From NCBI RefSeq assembly GCF_009914755.1, contig NC_060937.1: DNA of 64,000 nt. One strand, 5' to 3'. Source of the DNA: the human T2T-CHM13v2.0 reference genome, Homo sapiens. This document shows, in pieces, positions 43,204 through 55,690 of the stretch. The position numbers were made by a program, and so were the translations under genes. Within the stretch, counting starts at the first letter, position 1. Each line of letters begins with the position of its first letter. Under the pieces are notes generated by a model. That model had not been told where the DNA came from. It was given only the letters and a program-made list of their open reading frames with translations, and ran no database searches.

Positions 43204-44537
43204 AATATATATATCTGTACCTAATAAAACTATAACATATACATACCTATACTTAATATATACACACACACACATATATATACACATAGATAAAACACAT
43301 ATATTTTAGTAATTTTCAAAAATCAAGGCTCAAGACCAAGGAAGAACGGCATACAAGACAAACAAACTCAGAGTTTAAGAGAAAAATAATCTGGATTGTG
43401 GGTTAATTTAGATGACTCACAATTTTTTGTGCCCCATTTTCCTCTCCTGTAAATAAAATAGTCGGATTAAATGTCCTCTAAGCTGTATTCTATCCAGAAA
43501 GTTCTGTAATTTTAATATCCATGAGGAGTTCACCAAAATAATTTAGAAATGCATGAATTTAAATGTGCATGTTTTCACATATGTCTGGATTTATAAGCAT
43601 AGTAGTTAAAGGGGTAATTAATTAATAACAGCTATTGGCCCAAAGTATTCTGTTTTTTTTTTTTCGTTTGTAGTAGCCAATGGTCTACATCATTTAGGCC
43701 CACATTCTTACCTATTATACTATATTGCATTGCCCACTCAAATGTCTATGGAAAGAACAGTTATAGAGCTACTTATCTACAGAACACCTCACTCCAGAAA
43801 ACAAACCAAGAATTATTTTAGAAAAATTGTACTCTTTACTTAATTCAAAATTTCGCATTAAATAACTACAATATTTAAACCTTCATTTTGTATACTATTG
43901 TTTTAATATACAATGATTATGCTGCTGTAGAGCAACTACCCGGCAATTCCACTGAAATCCCATTTCCAGCTAACACTTGGTTCTGTTTTCTCTTTCAGTG
44001 CAGAAAAGCAAAGAAGTAGAATTGTTATACTTCCATCGAGATATAAGAGATTAGATGGGCATTTCCACTGTTTTATTTTTAAAAATGAGTAATTTATTAT
44101 GAGTATGTTTAGGTATCACTGTTTTGTCTAATCTAATGACTCCCAAGGTTATATGTACATCAAAATCACCAGGGTGCTGTTAAAAACATGGACCTCAACC
44201 TTAGAGATTCTGATTTCTGGTTCAAGATAGGGGAGGTGCTATTGTAATCTAATAACTTTATTTACAGATAAGGAATTGTTTACACAGATAAGTTCAATGG
44301 TTTTAAGATAGGAATTTAGCTTTCATTTTTGACTTGAATAGATTGTAATTGGACAAACTGAAAGCAACATTTTTGGACCTGGACTAGCCACAAATGCAAA
44401 TCTTGATCCAGACTTCTTTCTAGTTGCATTCATTTTTAAATGTAAAAAAATCAATTATTTCTAATGACATCATTTTTAAATATTAAATGTGACCTAATCA
44501 AAATTGACAAATAAATAAGAACAATATGTTAAGTATT

Positions 44538-45228
44538 TGTTATGGCCACAGTATGTCCTCCCAAGGTTTAAATGTTATAGCCCTAACCTCCCAGTATCTC
44601 AGAACAGGACTGTGTTTGGAGACAGGGCCTTAAAGAAGTGATAAAGTAAAAATGATGCTGTTACAATGAGTCCTAATGTAATCTGACTGGTGCCCTTATA
44701 AGAAGGGGATATTTAGGATGGGCACACTGGCTTACACCTGTAATCCGAACCCTTTGGGAGGCCAAGGCAAGAGGATCACTTGAACCCAGGAGTTCAAGAC
44801 CAACCTGGGCATCATAGTGAAAACCTGTCTCTACAAAAAATAAAAAATTAGCTGGGTGCAGTGGCATGTGCCTGTAGACCCAGCTACTCAGGAGGCTAAA
44901 GCATGAGGATTCCTTGAGCCGTGGAGTTCAAGATTGCAACGAGCCATGATGGCGCCACTTTGCTTCAGCACGGGAGACACAGCAAGACCCTGTCTGGGGG
45001 GGAAAAAATAAAGGGAAATTTGGCCACAGAAGAGACACCAGGGACATAACCATGTAAGGACACAGTGGCCATCTGCAAGCCATGGAGAGGCCTCAGGAAA
45101 AAACAGTACTGCTGACACCTTAGTCTTGGACTTCCAGCCCCCAAACAAACCTGGGAGAAAATAAGTTTCTGTTGCTGAAGCCACCCAGTCTGTGATACGT
45201 TGTTATGGCAGCTCTAGCAAAGTAATAG
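44538..45228 (+). mobile_element. MLT1B-like solo LTR interrupted by an AluJ
   Basis: TGTTATGG..CCTAACCTCCCAGTATCTCAGAA..TGACTGGTGCCCTTATAAGAAG, and GCCACCCAGTCTGTG..TTATGGCAGCTCTAGCAAA at the end. Confidence 0.8.
44716..45010 (+). mobile_element. AluJ
   Basis: AGAGGATCACTTGAACCCAGGAGTTCAAGACC and GCAAGACCCTGTCT J diagnostics. Degenerate TSD AAGGGGATATTT / AAGGGAAATTT. Confidence 0.85.
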
Positions 45229-45349
45229 TAATTTTAGGTAAAATAAACAATAGATACATATATAAATTGTCTTCTCTGTTTATCACAGTTTTCCCAGACC
45301 TCTGTAAGTATATTTTCCAAAGAAATGATGTTGAAATGGAAGTTGTGTC

Positions 45350-46016
45350 ATTAACTAACGACTTGATATTGAATGAAACATAAAACTGACAAGTTGTATA
45401 TAACACAGGGAAAAAAATATCATTATAAACAGGGATGGGGTGGGGTAGGTGGATGATGTGGATAAGATTTTGAGGCTCAGGATCCAGGTGAGGCCAGAAA
45501 CAACTCATGTGAAGATGTTCAGCCAGTTTGTTTTTACTGAAGGGCATTAATTTTTTTACCCATATACTTATCCTCTGAAGCACTGAATTTAACTTCTAGA
45601 GTAATTTGAAATAGTAGCATCATTATAAAAGCAATAGAACTCTGGAGGTGAAAGAGAGGCTACAGGTAACTGAATTAAAAACATTTGTCTCACAGATGAA
45701 AATATCTAGGACAATCGAATCAAATGACTCAGAGTAACATCATCAGTTCATGGCAGATGCATTTATTCAGCAAATCTTCAGAATCCAGGTCTCCTGACTC
45801 CTTCTTAATTTTAAAACATATGGATTCTTATAAATATTTTGTAAAATGGGTGCAAAGGCCCTTGATGGTAAAAGGAAGCTTCTCTGTAATTTACATAAAG
45901 TATAAGAAGCGCCACACATAAGACATTCAAACTTACTGTCCCATTAACTGATTTCACTTATGTTAACAATACTAACTGTAATAACACTAAAAACTGAATA
46001 ATTTTCTTCCTTCCTG
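45350..46016 (-). repeat. Ancient local duplication, copy C (inverted long arm)
   Basis: Its reverse complement aligns by eye along 40363-41010. Confidence 0.85.
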
Positions 46017-46029
46017 AAAAATATAAGTT

Positions 46030-46258
46030 CGATTGCACCTGAGGCCATCTTGCTGAGAAGTAACCTGGATGAAAGACATCCTTGCCACCCCTCACCCTGG
46101 GCCAACCTGCCTACCAATCGCACCCACTTGAGTGAGCACGGACAAGACCAGCAAAAAAAAACCCAATCAACCCATAGAATAATGAGGAACAATAAATTGT
46201 TGTTTTAACCCCTTTAAGTTTTGAATTAGTTTGTTAGGGAAAAGGCTAAATGAAACAA
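46030..46258 (+). mobile_element. MLT1 3' fragment
   Basis: GGCCATCTTG..TGAGTGAGC..AACCCATAGAATAATGAG..TTGTTGTTTTAACC..TAAGTTTTG. Confidence 0.55.
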
Positions 46259-46329
46259 CATTTTTAAGGAAATCATTTAATTAATACCCTCATAGAGATA
46301 GTTATTGTGATCATTAAATAATAAACATG

Positions 46330-47300
46330 TGTTGTGAAAAAAGAATGAGCAGAAGAGAAGAAAAAGTTCCTAGAACTTATGAATAACCAAAATGCAATAT
46401 TCAAAAAAAGTCTTGGAGGATACAATTATCCACTCATAGAACTAAAACACATCCATATGGAAAATTGGAAAGATAAAAAATGAGACAATCTGGAGGCCCA
46501 ACAATTGATTTTTAAAAAGTGTTCTAGAAAATGAAGTCAGAAGAGAGGCTACCAAGGAGAATCACAGAAAACTTTTCTAATATGGAAGAACACACTTTTC
46601 TGGACTGAAAAGGGCCACACAATCAAATTTAAAAAAAAAAAGAAAAAAAAAAGCCCCCATGCAAAGGGTACTGCCACATTTCCTAAAAGCCCCCAGAAAG
46701 AATAAAAAAGGGTCATATATGCAGGATTATTAATCAAAATCATTTCAGACTTCTCAGTAGTTCTTCTGGATGCTGAGGACTTTGGAGCAATACCTTCGAA
46801 ATTTAGAGGGAAAATTATTTTCAAAAAATAAAACTATATCCACCGAAACCATCGAATGTGAAAGTAGAATGAACATAATTTTAATATACAATGTCAAGAA
46901 GTAGTCCTTTGCTTCTTCTGTTAGGCAGTTGCTGGAGGGTATTCATTAGCAAAATAAATGAGAAACCTACCAAGGGGGAAACCATGGGATTGAGGATACA
47001 GGAGCTCCTATACAAGAGAGCAGCAAAGAGAAGTCTCAGGACACCAGCCATGCACAGCTTGGAGTTGGAGGACAGAGAGTTGCAGGAGGAAGACGTCCAG
47101 GGGAAAAAATGAAATGATAGAAATCATTTGAGTTGTCTGAGCATATGGAAAAAAGATGAATAAGTCTTTAACAGATTTGCTGGAGCATTTAGAAAAAAAT
47201 AGCAAATGATCCATAAAAATCCAAGCAAATTTTTAAAAATGATACTCTGCAAGAAAAAATAATAAAAAGTAAAAAGAAAATTAATCATAGACTTTAGTTC
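46330..47300 (+). mobile_element. HAL1 / ancient L1 ORF1-like remnant
   Basis: GGACTGAAAGGGCCACAC, CAGACTTCTCAG, GGAGCAATACCTTCGAAATTTAGAGGGAAAATT, CATGGGATTGAGGATACAGG. Confidence 0.6.
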
Positions 47301-47729
47301 CACAAAGATTTTCCCAGTATGAGCTTCAAATGATTATATAGTAACAGTTTGATTTTTTCAGAGTCTTTGGGGGAAGGAGTCACTTAGTAGAGAATATAAA
47401 TTCCATGAGGGAAGGATTCTTCTGCTTCACGGATGGATCCCTTGTGCATAGACCTGGAACTTAGTGGTGCTTCATAAAATTTGAATGAATGAATATCTGG
47501 GTCTCCAAATACAGAAGGCTTTCCTCTTCGGACCAACAAACTTTCTAACTGCTTTCAAAATGGACTACACCATTACCTAGCAGAACTTTCTTGGATTACT
47601 TGGAAATATGTGTGCAGTTACGGTACTCTCTACAAACAGGGAAGTTATTTTTATTAAGCAGATCGGACTTGCTATGCTTTTGGAGTGATTTGTTTGCCTT
47701 TTTTACTTACTCTGTTTGCTTAGCAGTTA

Positions 47730-47990
47730 TTCAATTTAGCAAATATTTATGTATTTACTGAACACCCACTATATGCCAGGCACTATGCTATGGCCTGAAG
47801 ATATAGAGTGGGGGAAACAAAAAACCCAAAAGATGCTCTTCCTATCATCACAGGGTGAAATGTTAATAGTGGGAAAAACATCCATTAAACAAATAATTAA
47901 AGCTGGAATGAGTGTTATGAAAGAAACTACAGAAGACAATGAGAGATGTAATAGTGGGAGTGGGTGGGTACAGACATATCTTTAATCTGA
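47730..47990 (-). mobile_element. L2 fragment
   Basis: ATTTACTGAACACCCACTATATGCCAGGCACTATGCTA. Confidence 0.55.
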
Positions 47991-48319
47991 AACCTGAACT
48001 ATAGTAACCTTATCCTGTAATATTATTGAACATTTACTCTGTAATGGTCTACAGAAAGAAAACTAGAAGGTGCTCACAAGTTTACACCGTCAGTAAGTTG
48101 TATAGTTGTAACACAAACCCAGTTAATCTGTTTTTAGAATCCATAATCAACTACTACGCTATGTTGCATTTCTGGAATAATCTGCATGAAGACAGCTAGC
48201 ATTTATGGTGCACTTATTATATTCAGGTGTTATATGAAGTGCTTTTAGAGAGCATCTTATTTAGTTCTCACAAAACCCTAATAGGTAATTTTTATTGTCA
48301 CAAATTGAAAAGCATGGAT

Positions 48320-48600
48320 ACAATATTATGTAGCATTTCCTATCAAGAGGTAGAGTCAGTTTCTCCACTTCTTAATCTGGGGTGGCCTTCTGACTTGTGG
48401 ACCACAGATGTGTCAGTGAAGCCATATTACAGATGCTGGCCTCAGCCAGTCCACCAACTGACTGCAACTGCCTGAGTGAGCCCAGGAAAAACCAGCAGAA
48501 GAATCACCCAACTAACCCACAGAATCATGAGAAACAAGAAGTCACTGTTTAAGCCACTAAGTTCTGAAGCATATTATGATTCAGTAATAGGTAGCTGTTA
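48320..48600 (+). mobile_element. Internally deleted MLT1H/I-like LTR within a MIR
   Basis: TCCTATCAAGAGGTAGAGTC..TGAGTGAGCCCAG..CCCACAGAATCATGAGAAA..TTTAAGCCACTAAGTT. Confidence 0.6.
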
Positions 48601-48907
48601 CAACTATTTGTATCCCCAGTTAGAGGGCTTAAAGTATCTTGTTTAGAGAGACAAAGCTGGTGGCTGATTTCTAATTCAAGCCCACATTGCATTGCTGGAG
48701 TTCAGGCTAGGAGGTAGAGGAGTGGGGAAAGAAGAGATCATGGAGAGTTTCAGACAGCAAAGAAAACATCACATTTTCTCAAATGTAAGAACTAAAACAA
48801 GCAAGCAAGGAGATGTCAACTTAGTAAAGGAAACCAGGGTGAGGCCCGCAGGGGTCCGACCACCACCTTTGGAGTCTTGCAGGTATCTGGCACTCACCTC
48901 TCCATTC

Positions 48908-50320
48908 TGATAATGGCGGTTTACAAACATCTCTGCAAATTTTTTAACACTTCTCCTTCCATCTCCCCAAAAGAAAGGAGAGTCTAATTTCTCTCCCCTG
49001 GATTATGGGCTGGTCTCAGAGACTTGCTTCTAGGGGTCAGGATGTAGCAAAAGTGAATGTTATGGACCGTATGTTTGTGTGCCCCTAACCCCAATTCATG
49101 TGTTGAAGCCCTAACCCCCCTAGTGTGATAGTAGTAAGAAGTCAAGCTTTTAGTGGATAATTAGGTTTAGATAAGATCATGAGAATGCCCAAGAAGGATG
49201 ATTGCCCTTATAAGTAGAAGAGGAGGCGCCAGTGCTTTATGTCTCACCATCTGAGCATATAGTAGGAATGCAACCATCGGCAAACCAGGATGAGGGCTCC
49301 GCTCCCACCAGCACCCAACCATGCAGGTGCCCTGATCTCAAACTTCTAGCCTCCAGAATTGTAAGGGATAAATATACGTGGTTTCAGTCACTCCACCAGT
49401 GGTATTTTGTTATAGCAGCCTGAGCTGCTTAAGATAGCGAAGCCATGAGATGTCCAGGGCTCGGCCATAAAGGCCATTTAGCTTCCTCCTGGCTCCCTCT
49501 TTCTCTCTCAAAGCACATTCCCTAGGATCGTGAAGCTAATGTGAAAGAAGTCTGGCTACCCTGAAGCCACCGTGCTGGCGGGACCCATGGAGAAAACACA
49601 TAGAGACAGAGAATAAGGCCTGAGGGGCCACAGCTATTCCAGCCCCCAGCTTTCTGAGCCTTCCCAGCCCAAATGTCAAACAGAAAATAGAGTGAGCCAT
49701 CACATAGTTCTGAAGAACCATGGTGGTCTCCAGATGGCCTTGGAATGACCCATTCCTTCCCCTGTTCTTGCTTGTAGTTCTCAATAATAAGTGTAGAGTG
49801 TGCTGGAAATGCAACATACTGTGATAAGGAGGAAATAGATGGAATAGCCCAGGCTCTGTTCCAGCCCCTCCTAGAGAGAAGATGTCCTGCCATATGTTAG
49901 CCCAGCATGTTATATTATTACCCTAGGGTATAAAACCCAGGGCAGGCCGCTTTTCTGGTTCCCTCAGCTGCAGTGCAAGTGGGACATTCACAGGCAAGAT
50001 TCCATCCACCCTGGGTGGCTTTCCTGAGCCTCAGGGAACTGGACCACTCTGAGTCTAGGCTGCTGTCACTTGCTGCTTATCTGTAAGTCATAAACCCATG
50101 TGACTTATGTCTGAGAGTGCTCTGTCTCACCAAACAAGAGGGAAGAGTGCAGCCCAGGATGCACTAGGCTAAAGTTATAATCTGTGCGCAGTAAACCTGC
50201 AAAGCAATTCCAACCCTGAGCCTTAGGGCTGCCCACTTTGCGCCCTACCCAAATTTCATACCCATGGGCAACATTAATGTGATTTGGGATGGTTTGCTAT
50301 GCAGCAATTGACAACCAACT
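48908..50320 (+). mobile_element. MLT1F-like LTR carrying a nested MLT1A-like LTR (49058-49437) and an ERVL-class MER70-like LTR (~49720-50206)
   Basis: Outer GGAGAGTCTAATTTCTCTCCCC..GAAGTCTGGCTACCCTGAAGCC..TTTGCTATGCAGCAATTGACAACC. Inner TGTTATGGA..TTTGTTATAGCAGCCTGAGC, and GGCCTTGG..TGTGCTGGAAATGCAACA..TATAAAACCC. Confidence 0.65.
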
Positions 50321-50954
50321 CTGTGATTGTGTTTGATCCCTGTAGCCCTCCTCTTCCTTCTAATTTGTTACTTCAACGAAACCAGTTAAGATTTTGTGTA
50401 AAGAGAGTGAAAATACACTGAGAATCTACTTGGAGTGGTCTCCTGTGAAGGAAGCATGTGACATCTCTTTCTAGATTTTTCAGTGTGGATTTATATTTTC
50501 TAGACATGATTGTGCTTGCTTCCCTGTTTGATTTTGTGTTGGTTTTTTCTTTTCAGAAGCATATCACTGAGTTCTAGATAGTTAGAGGGCAATATTTCAT
50601 AATATTTTATTTTCTACACCATTTTTCACAGGCTGCACTTCCGTTATTTAACTAAAAGGGGAAAATAATTGCTAATACCAATTCTTCTCTAAAAACAATC
50701 TGGTAATAGGAATAATTTCCTAAATGTAAAGCCCACACAGTAGATAATTTTCGCCACTTTTGATTTTTGGAACAAAGATTCCACAATGGGGCTACAAATG
50801 CTGAGAGCGCTGAAATCCTCGCTTTTATTCAATTAAGCAGCTTTAAGGACCCAGTTAAAACAAGAAAACAGACTCAGAAAAAATAACTTTCCTGTGAGAC
50901 TCAAGCTCTCAACAGCAGAGTCATTCACTTTTTATGATCGTTATAATTATTAGT

Positions 50955-51140
50955 AGTGATGGTGATAACAATATATCATTTATATAGCGCTTTAGAATTG
51001 CACAAAGCTTTCCTACCATCATTTATTAGCTAATCTTCAGAACATTCTTCAGTAATAAGTCAATATTTCTGCCTCCACTTAACAGATAGGAAATTGAGGC
51101 ACAATGTGCTTGAATCACTTGTCTAAAATCAGTTCCTGGC
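50955..51140 (-). mobile_element. MIR
   Basis: CATTTATATAGCGCTTT..CCACTTAACAGATAGGAAATTGAGGCACA..ACTTGTCTAA. Confidence 0.6.
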
Positions 51141-54100
51141 CTGAGTGAAAGACTCAGTAACGTTACTGAAGGCAGCATCCTGCCAGACCAGCCTGCATTT
51201 CACTCAACAAATCTCTCTAACTGCTTCTAACAGAAATGACTAAGAGCTTGAGTTTTGAAACAGATTCTCTGATGTTTTAGGAAACAATTTAAGAATAGTC
51301 CTCCAAAATGAAAATTCTTCTCAATTGAAAGTATAATTTGAAGATAAAAATAAATGTGCAAGTTAAACTTTTAACTGTATCAGGAACATTTCTTAATAAC
51401 TAAGCCTTTCAAGGTTAATGCCAGAACTCTTGAAAATAATGGGTGAATTGAATTATGTACCTGAAATGTTTCAAGTGTAACCTGGAGAGGACACGATATT
51501 ATCCTACTGAGTGAATTTTAGGGATGGCTTACCTCTCAACAATGTCTCATGTATGGCTAAATAATACATAACATTTAATAACTAGATTAAATAGGAATTG
51601 TCAAATTCAATAGAAAATGTTACTACAATTTTCAGGTTTATACCAGAGGCAAATTTTATCATCTCTATTGTTAGAGATAATAGTGATGCCTAAGTCTTAC
51701 TAACCTGGTACTATGGCTATTATCCTAACTATTCCTTTCTCTATAGATCTTGTAGTTCTTTATACTGAAGATTCTACCTCTACTTTCTCTACTTCTCTCC
51801 CATGCCTTACCACTCTATCAAAGTAATGAAGCACAATCAGTGTCTAGCTGGAGTAAACCACCTCAATTTTACCCATTGCAAACTGACATTTTGTTCTCAA
51901 ACAGTAAAACAAACTAGGATATCTTAATACGCCCTTGCAAAACTTGCTGAAACTTGGCATTTGTGCTTTCAGCACAAATATGACAATCAAGAACCCATTC
52001 TCCTGGCCTCCACTTAGAGATGCCCATCACCCAGCACCCATTTCACGTCAGGTCCTGCCAATTGCGCCCTATGGCTGACACATTAGCCCACACACACACA
52101 ACCATGGCACAGTCTCTATGAAATCAGAAGACTTCTTTTTTATTTTTTTCTGGCTTCCTCATCCTCCAAGCAAGAATTCAAATGTCAATCACCTTTAGTT
52201 AGATTGCATAAAGTAGCATCATAAAAATGGTAACCAATCCAATTGCAAATCACTTGATGAATCTTCTTTGAAGAGTTGCCAATAATGCTAATCGTCAAAT
52301 GGTTGAATCCCGCTTTGTAAAGATGCGTTTGTGAAGAACAGCAATCTCTGTGACTTTGACAAAGGAACTGCTGACTTGCATCACTGTTTGTCTTTTGATG
52401 TGAAAGAGCAAATCAATTTATAGAGCCTTTGCTTGCAGATGTAGGATATGATTAGTATGCAGAAAGACCTTTCCACGGTGTCATTTGTTTATTTAGCTGC
52501 CTCTGCACTCCGCTCTGATTGTGTATACCTAATTAATGTATACAAAGCTAAAAGAAATAAATCCATGGGTCCACAATCATAGGCATGTCCCCTGTCACCA
52601 TGGGGTGGGAGACACTACAATTGTATTACCTGTATACCAAATAAAGCATGTTGACATGCGAAACAACAATGAAAATATAAGAATTTTTCTCATCAAAGTT
52701 CTTCTTGGCTATTTATAAACTCAGATAGGCGAGAATGAACCTGTTTAAAAAGGAAAGGGATGTACTTTCTTTTCTGTCTTGGTATTTGAATTTTTATTCA
52801 AAGCAGTTGTTGAGTCTTTATGAAAAGTACTTGTGATTTCTTCCAGAGGTCAAAGTACTTTGTAAAACATCCTGTGAGACCTGAATCATCCCGTTCTTCA
52901 AGGCCTCACTGTTCAGATGCTTGGAAATTTTAGCTGAGAATGAGTTTAAAGTGAAAAGCAAAGACTCTAGAGACCTTCATGTCAATAATGAATGATCAAT
53001 AGAAGTCACACACTTGAAAATTGACATTCAGTCAGCAGTTCCCTGTTATTCATGCACATTTCACACTGTCTATTCAGGTTCTGCAAGAAGCACTGGTAGC
53101 AAAATGGCAAAGCTGCTAAATCTCTAGACTACCAAATAATGAAATCCAGAGTGACATCTAGTGACATCCCATATTAGAAGCACTCATTCTGCATCTGGTA
53201 AACCCCAGCCACATTATCTGGCACCATCAATAAGCTAGCCCTTGCAGATAGGGACCAGCACTTTCTATGTAGTCACCAATGAAATGCTAAAATTATTTGC
53301 TTAAGTACTGGTTGCCTCCAATGTTTGCCTGACACAAATATCTCTTATTTTCCATCACCAAACTATGAAAACTTCAATTGTTGACTCCAAGTTTAAGTGG
53401 CTCTTTGAATTTCTCCTGAGCTCTTTCATCGATGGCAGGCAAGCTTTTCACTAGTTCTCGCATTGCTCTGTCTCTGCTTTAATATGAACAGCATGCCAGG
53501 CCCATTGCCTTAAATCATGCCAGGGAGCTGCCGGAATAGTTCAAACCTCTCTAAGAGCAGAAGCCAAGGGAGCTGTTATCTTATTGCTGAAACCCAGAAC
53601 ATGCTATTCCACTTAAATCAGTGGTGTCATGGTCTCATTTGCAATGAAATTTCTTTAATTTTTTTTTCTGGTGTATGAGGGAATTTTTCTTTTTCTGGGG
53701 GGTGGGGAAAAGAGTTCTTCTAAATATTGTAACCATTTTAGAAAAAGAGAGAAACTTTAAATGGAAGGGGTAAAATTAATATAGTGTTAAACATGAAACA
53801 CTCAGTAAATCTGATTTTCATGGTCTTTGGGCATTTAACAATGACTTTTTAACCTGATGTGCATTTACTATGACTTTTTAACCCGATGCAAACCTCAACT
53901 GGAGTATAACACGAAGGGATGTTCCATAAATTCTCAATACAATGAATATGTCTATTTTTTAAGTAGGTCTCTCTTTAATATAACTGTTTTCTATTTCAAA
54001 GGCTCCTCCTCAAATGAGAGATGAAGGGTATGTCACACATGAAATAAAATAAATTCTCAGAAGGAAGGTGCAATGGTCTGTGGGTAAGAGATATGTTTCC

Positions 54101-55173
54101 TGCTAAAGCTGTAATTAAAAACAAATTGATATAAATCCATCTTGTAGTTCCATAACAACAACAAAAAAAAAGAATTAAGCAGTATTCCCTCCTAGATATT
54201 ATAAAAACTGGTTGATATGAAGACTATGATGGCATTAAAATCAAATTTCTCTAGGATTTCAGGTATAAGTCTTATGCATTAATTCATATACGCCACGGTG
54301 GTAGGCAGGTGCTAATGGTAAAAGCTGGAACAAAAGAGTCAAGGTCCTGTCTTTAAGCTACAAATTAAGATATCAATTCCTGCCAGGACTCGGGTCACAG
54401 AGAGAAAAACTATCTAGACTGACTAATGAGCCTCAATTTACCTTTCTGTTGACTCTTTATTTTGGCAATTGTCTCCACTTTGAATTTCACAAGATTGTTC
54501 TTTACTTCATCGAGTCAGCTTCATTTCATTCAACCCCTCTACCCTCGCCTTTATAACATGAATAAACAGAGCCCTGAGAATTTAAACACTATCCCCCATG
54601 GTGGCAGTTTTAACATACATAAGATCTGAATGAGAATTTAGGCTTCCTGATTTCCATTAATTTTTTTCCCACTGTATCACTTGGTTTCATGTTAACACAC
54701 TTTAAGGCCAGGCAGAAAGCATAATAATTAATGTCAGAAATAAAACAGTAAACAATTTTACAATTTTGTTAATCTGTTAATTTTTCACTTTTCTCTACCT
54801 TCTATTTGGAGTTAATTTACAGACAAAGCATATATTTTAAGCAATTCATAACTCCTGTAATTTGAGGGAGGCAATGTTTTGTAGGAGGAAAACAGTGACA
54901 TAAGAAAAAAAGAATATTTGCAGTTTTATTCTTATTTATTTTGGTAATTATTGGAGAGATTTTGAATCACTCTTTTTATCTGTGAAAAAAAATTTCATAC
55001 CATGATTTCTAAACTGTTTCTTAGTTCTAAAAATTTTACTCTAGATATGTACATTTACCTTTTAACACCTAATCTACATATCTTAGAATATAATTCTGTC
55101 ATTATCCAGTACAAAATATTGTTTTCCCACATAATTAGATAATGAGTTCAAGTTATATACATCTGTAAATACA

Positions 55174-55546
55174 TGATATGGTTGGCTGTATCCCCACCCA
55201 AAATCTCATCTTGAATTGTAATCCCCATAATCCTCATGTGTCAAGGGAGAGACCAGGTGGAAATAATTGAATCATGGGGGCGGTTTCCCCCATGCTGTTC
55301 TCATGACAGTGGGTGAGTTCTCAGGAGATCTGATGGTTTCATAAGTGTTTGTTAGTTCTTCCTTCATTCATTCTCCTTCCTGCCATCTTATGAAGAAGGT
55401 GCCTTACTCCTGCTTTGCCTTCTGCCATGATTGTAAGTTTCCTGAGGCCTCCCCAGCCATGCTGAACTGTGAGTCAATTAAACCTCTTTCCTTTATAAAT
55501 TACCCAGTCTCAGGCAGTTCTTTACAGCAGTGTGAAAACCAATACA
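55174..55546 (+). mobile_element. THE1C/D solo LTR
   Basis: TGATATGGTTGGCTG..ATCTCATCTTGAATTGTA..CCTGAGGCCTCCCCAGCCATG..AATACA, with 5-bp TSD ATACA (55169-55173, 55547-55551). Confidence 0.9.
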
Positions 55547-55690
55547 ATACAGTAGCAAAATATTTTATTAGTTAATTTGAGTATTTAAATAAAAACTACT
55601 CATCAATTATCAAAAACCTTCCTATATTTAAAAAATGAACAGCAAATCCCCTTTTCCTAAACATAAATACCAAGAGCAAATCCTAGATAG

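Noticed and set aside
42608-43351. CCTTGGTCTCAGCCTTG vs CAAGGCTCAAGACCAAGG as an outer extension of the IR around copy B
   Set aside because: Similarity is limited to ~17 nt with a gap and does not extend on either side.
45203-45583. 126-aa minus-strand ORF overlapping duplication arm C, with ORFs 40424-40630 and 43078-43287 sharing similar peptides
   Set aside because: The peptide similarity simply reflects the DNA duplication. Frames and indels are not preserved between copies, so there is no sign of coding constraint.
40363-46016. Reading the three-copy unit as a CRISPR-like, miRNA or snoRNA array
   Set aside because: Only three irregularly spaced, diverged copies. No repeat-spacer periodicity, and no evident pre-miRNA hairpin or C/D or H/ACA layout.
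52185-52412. ~75-codon stop-free minus frame (..GFNHLTISIIGNSSKKIHQVICNWIGYHFYD..)
   Set aside because: No start codon, no good acceptor and no recognisable homology.
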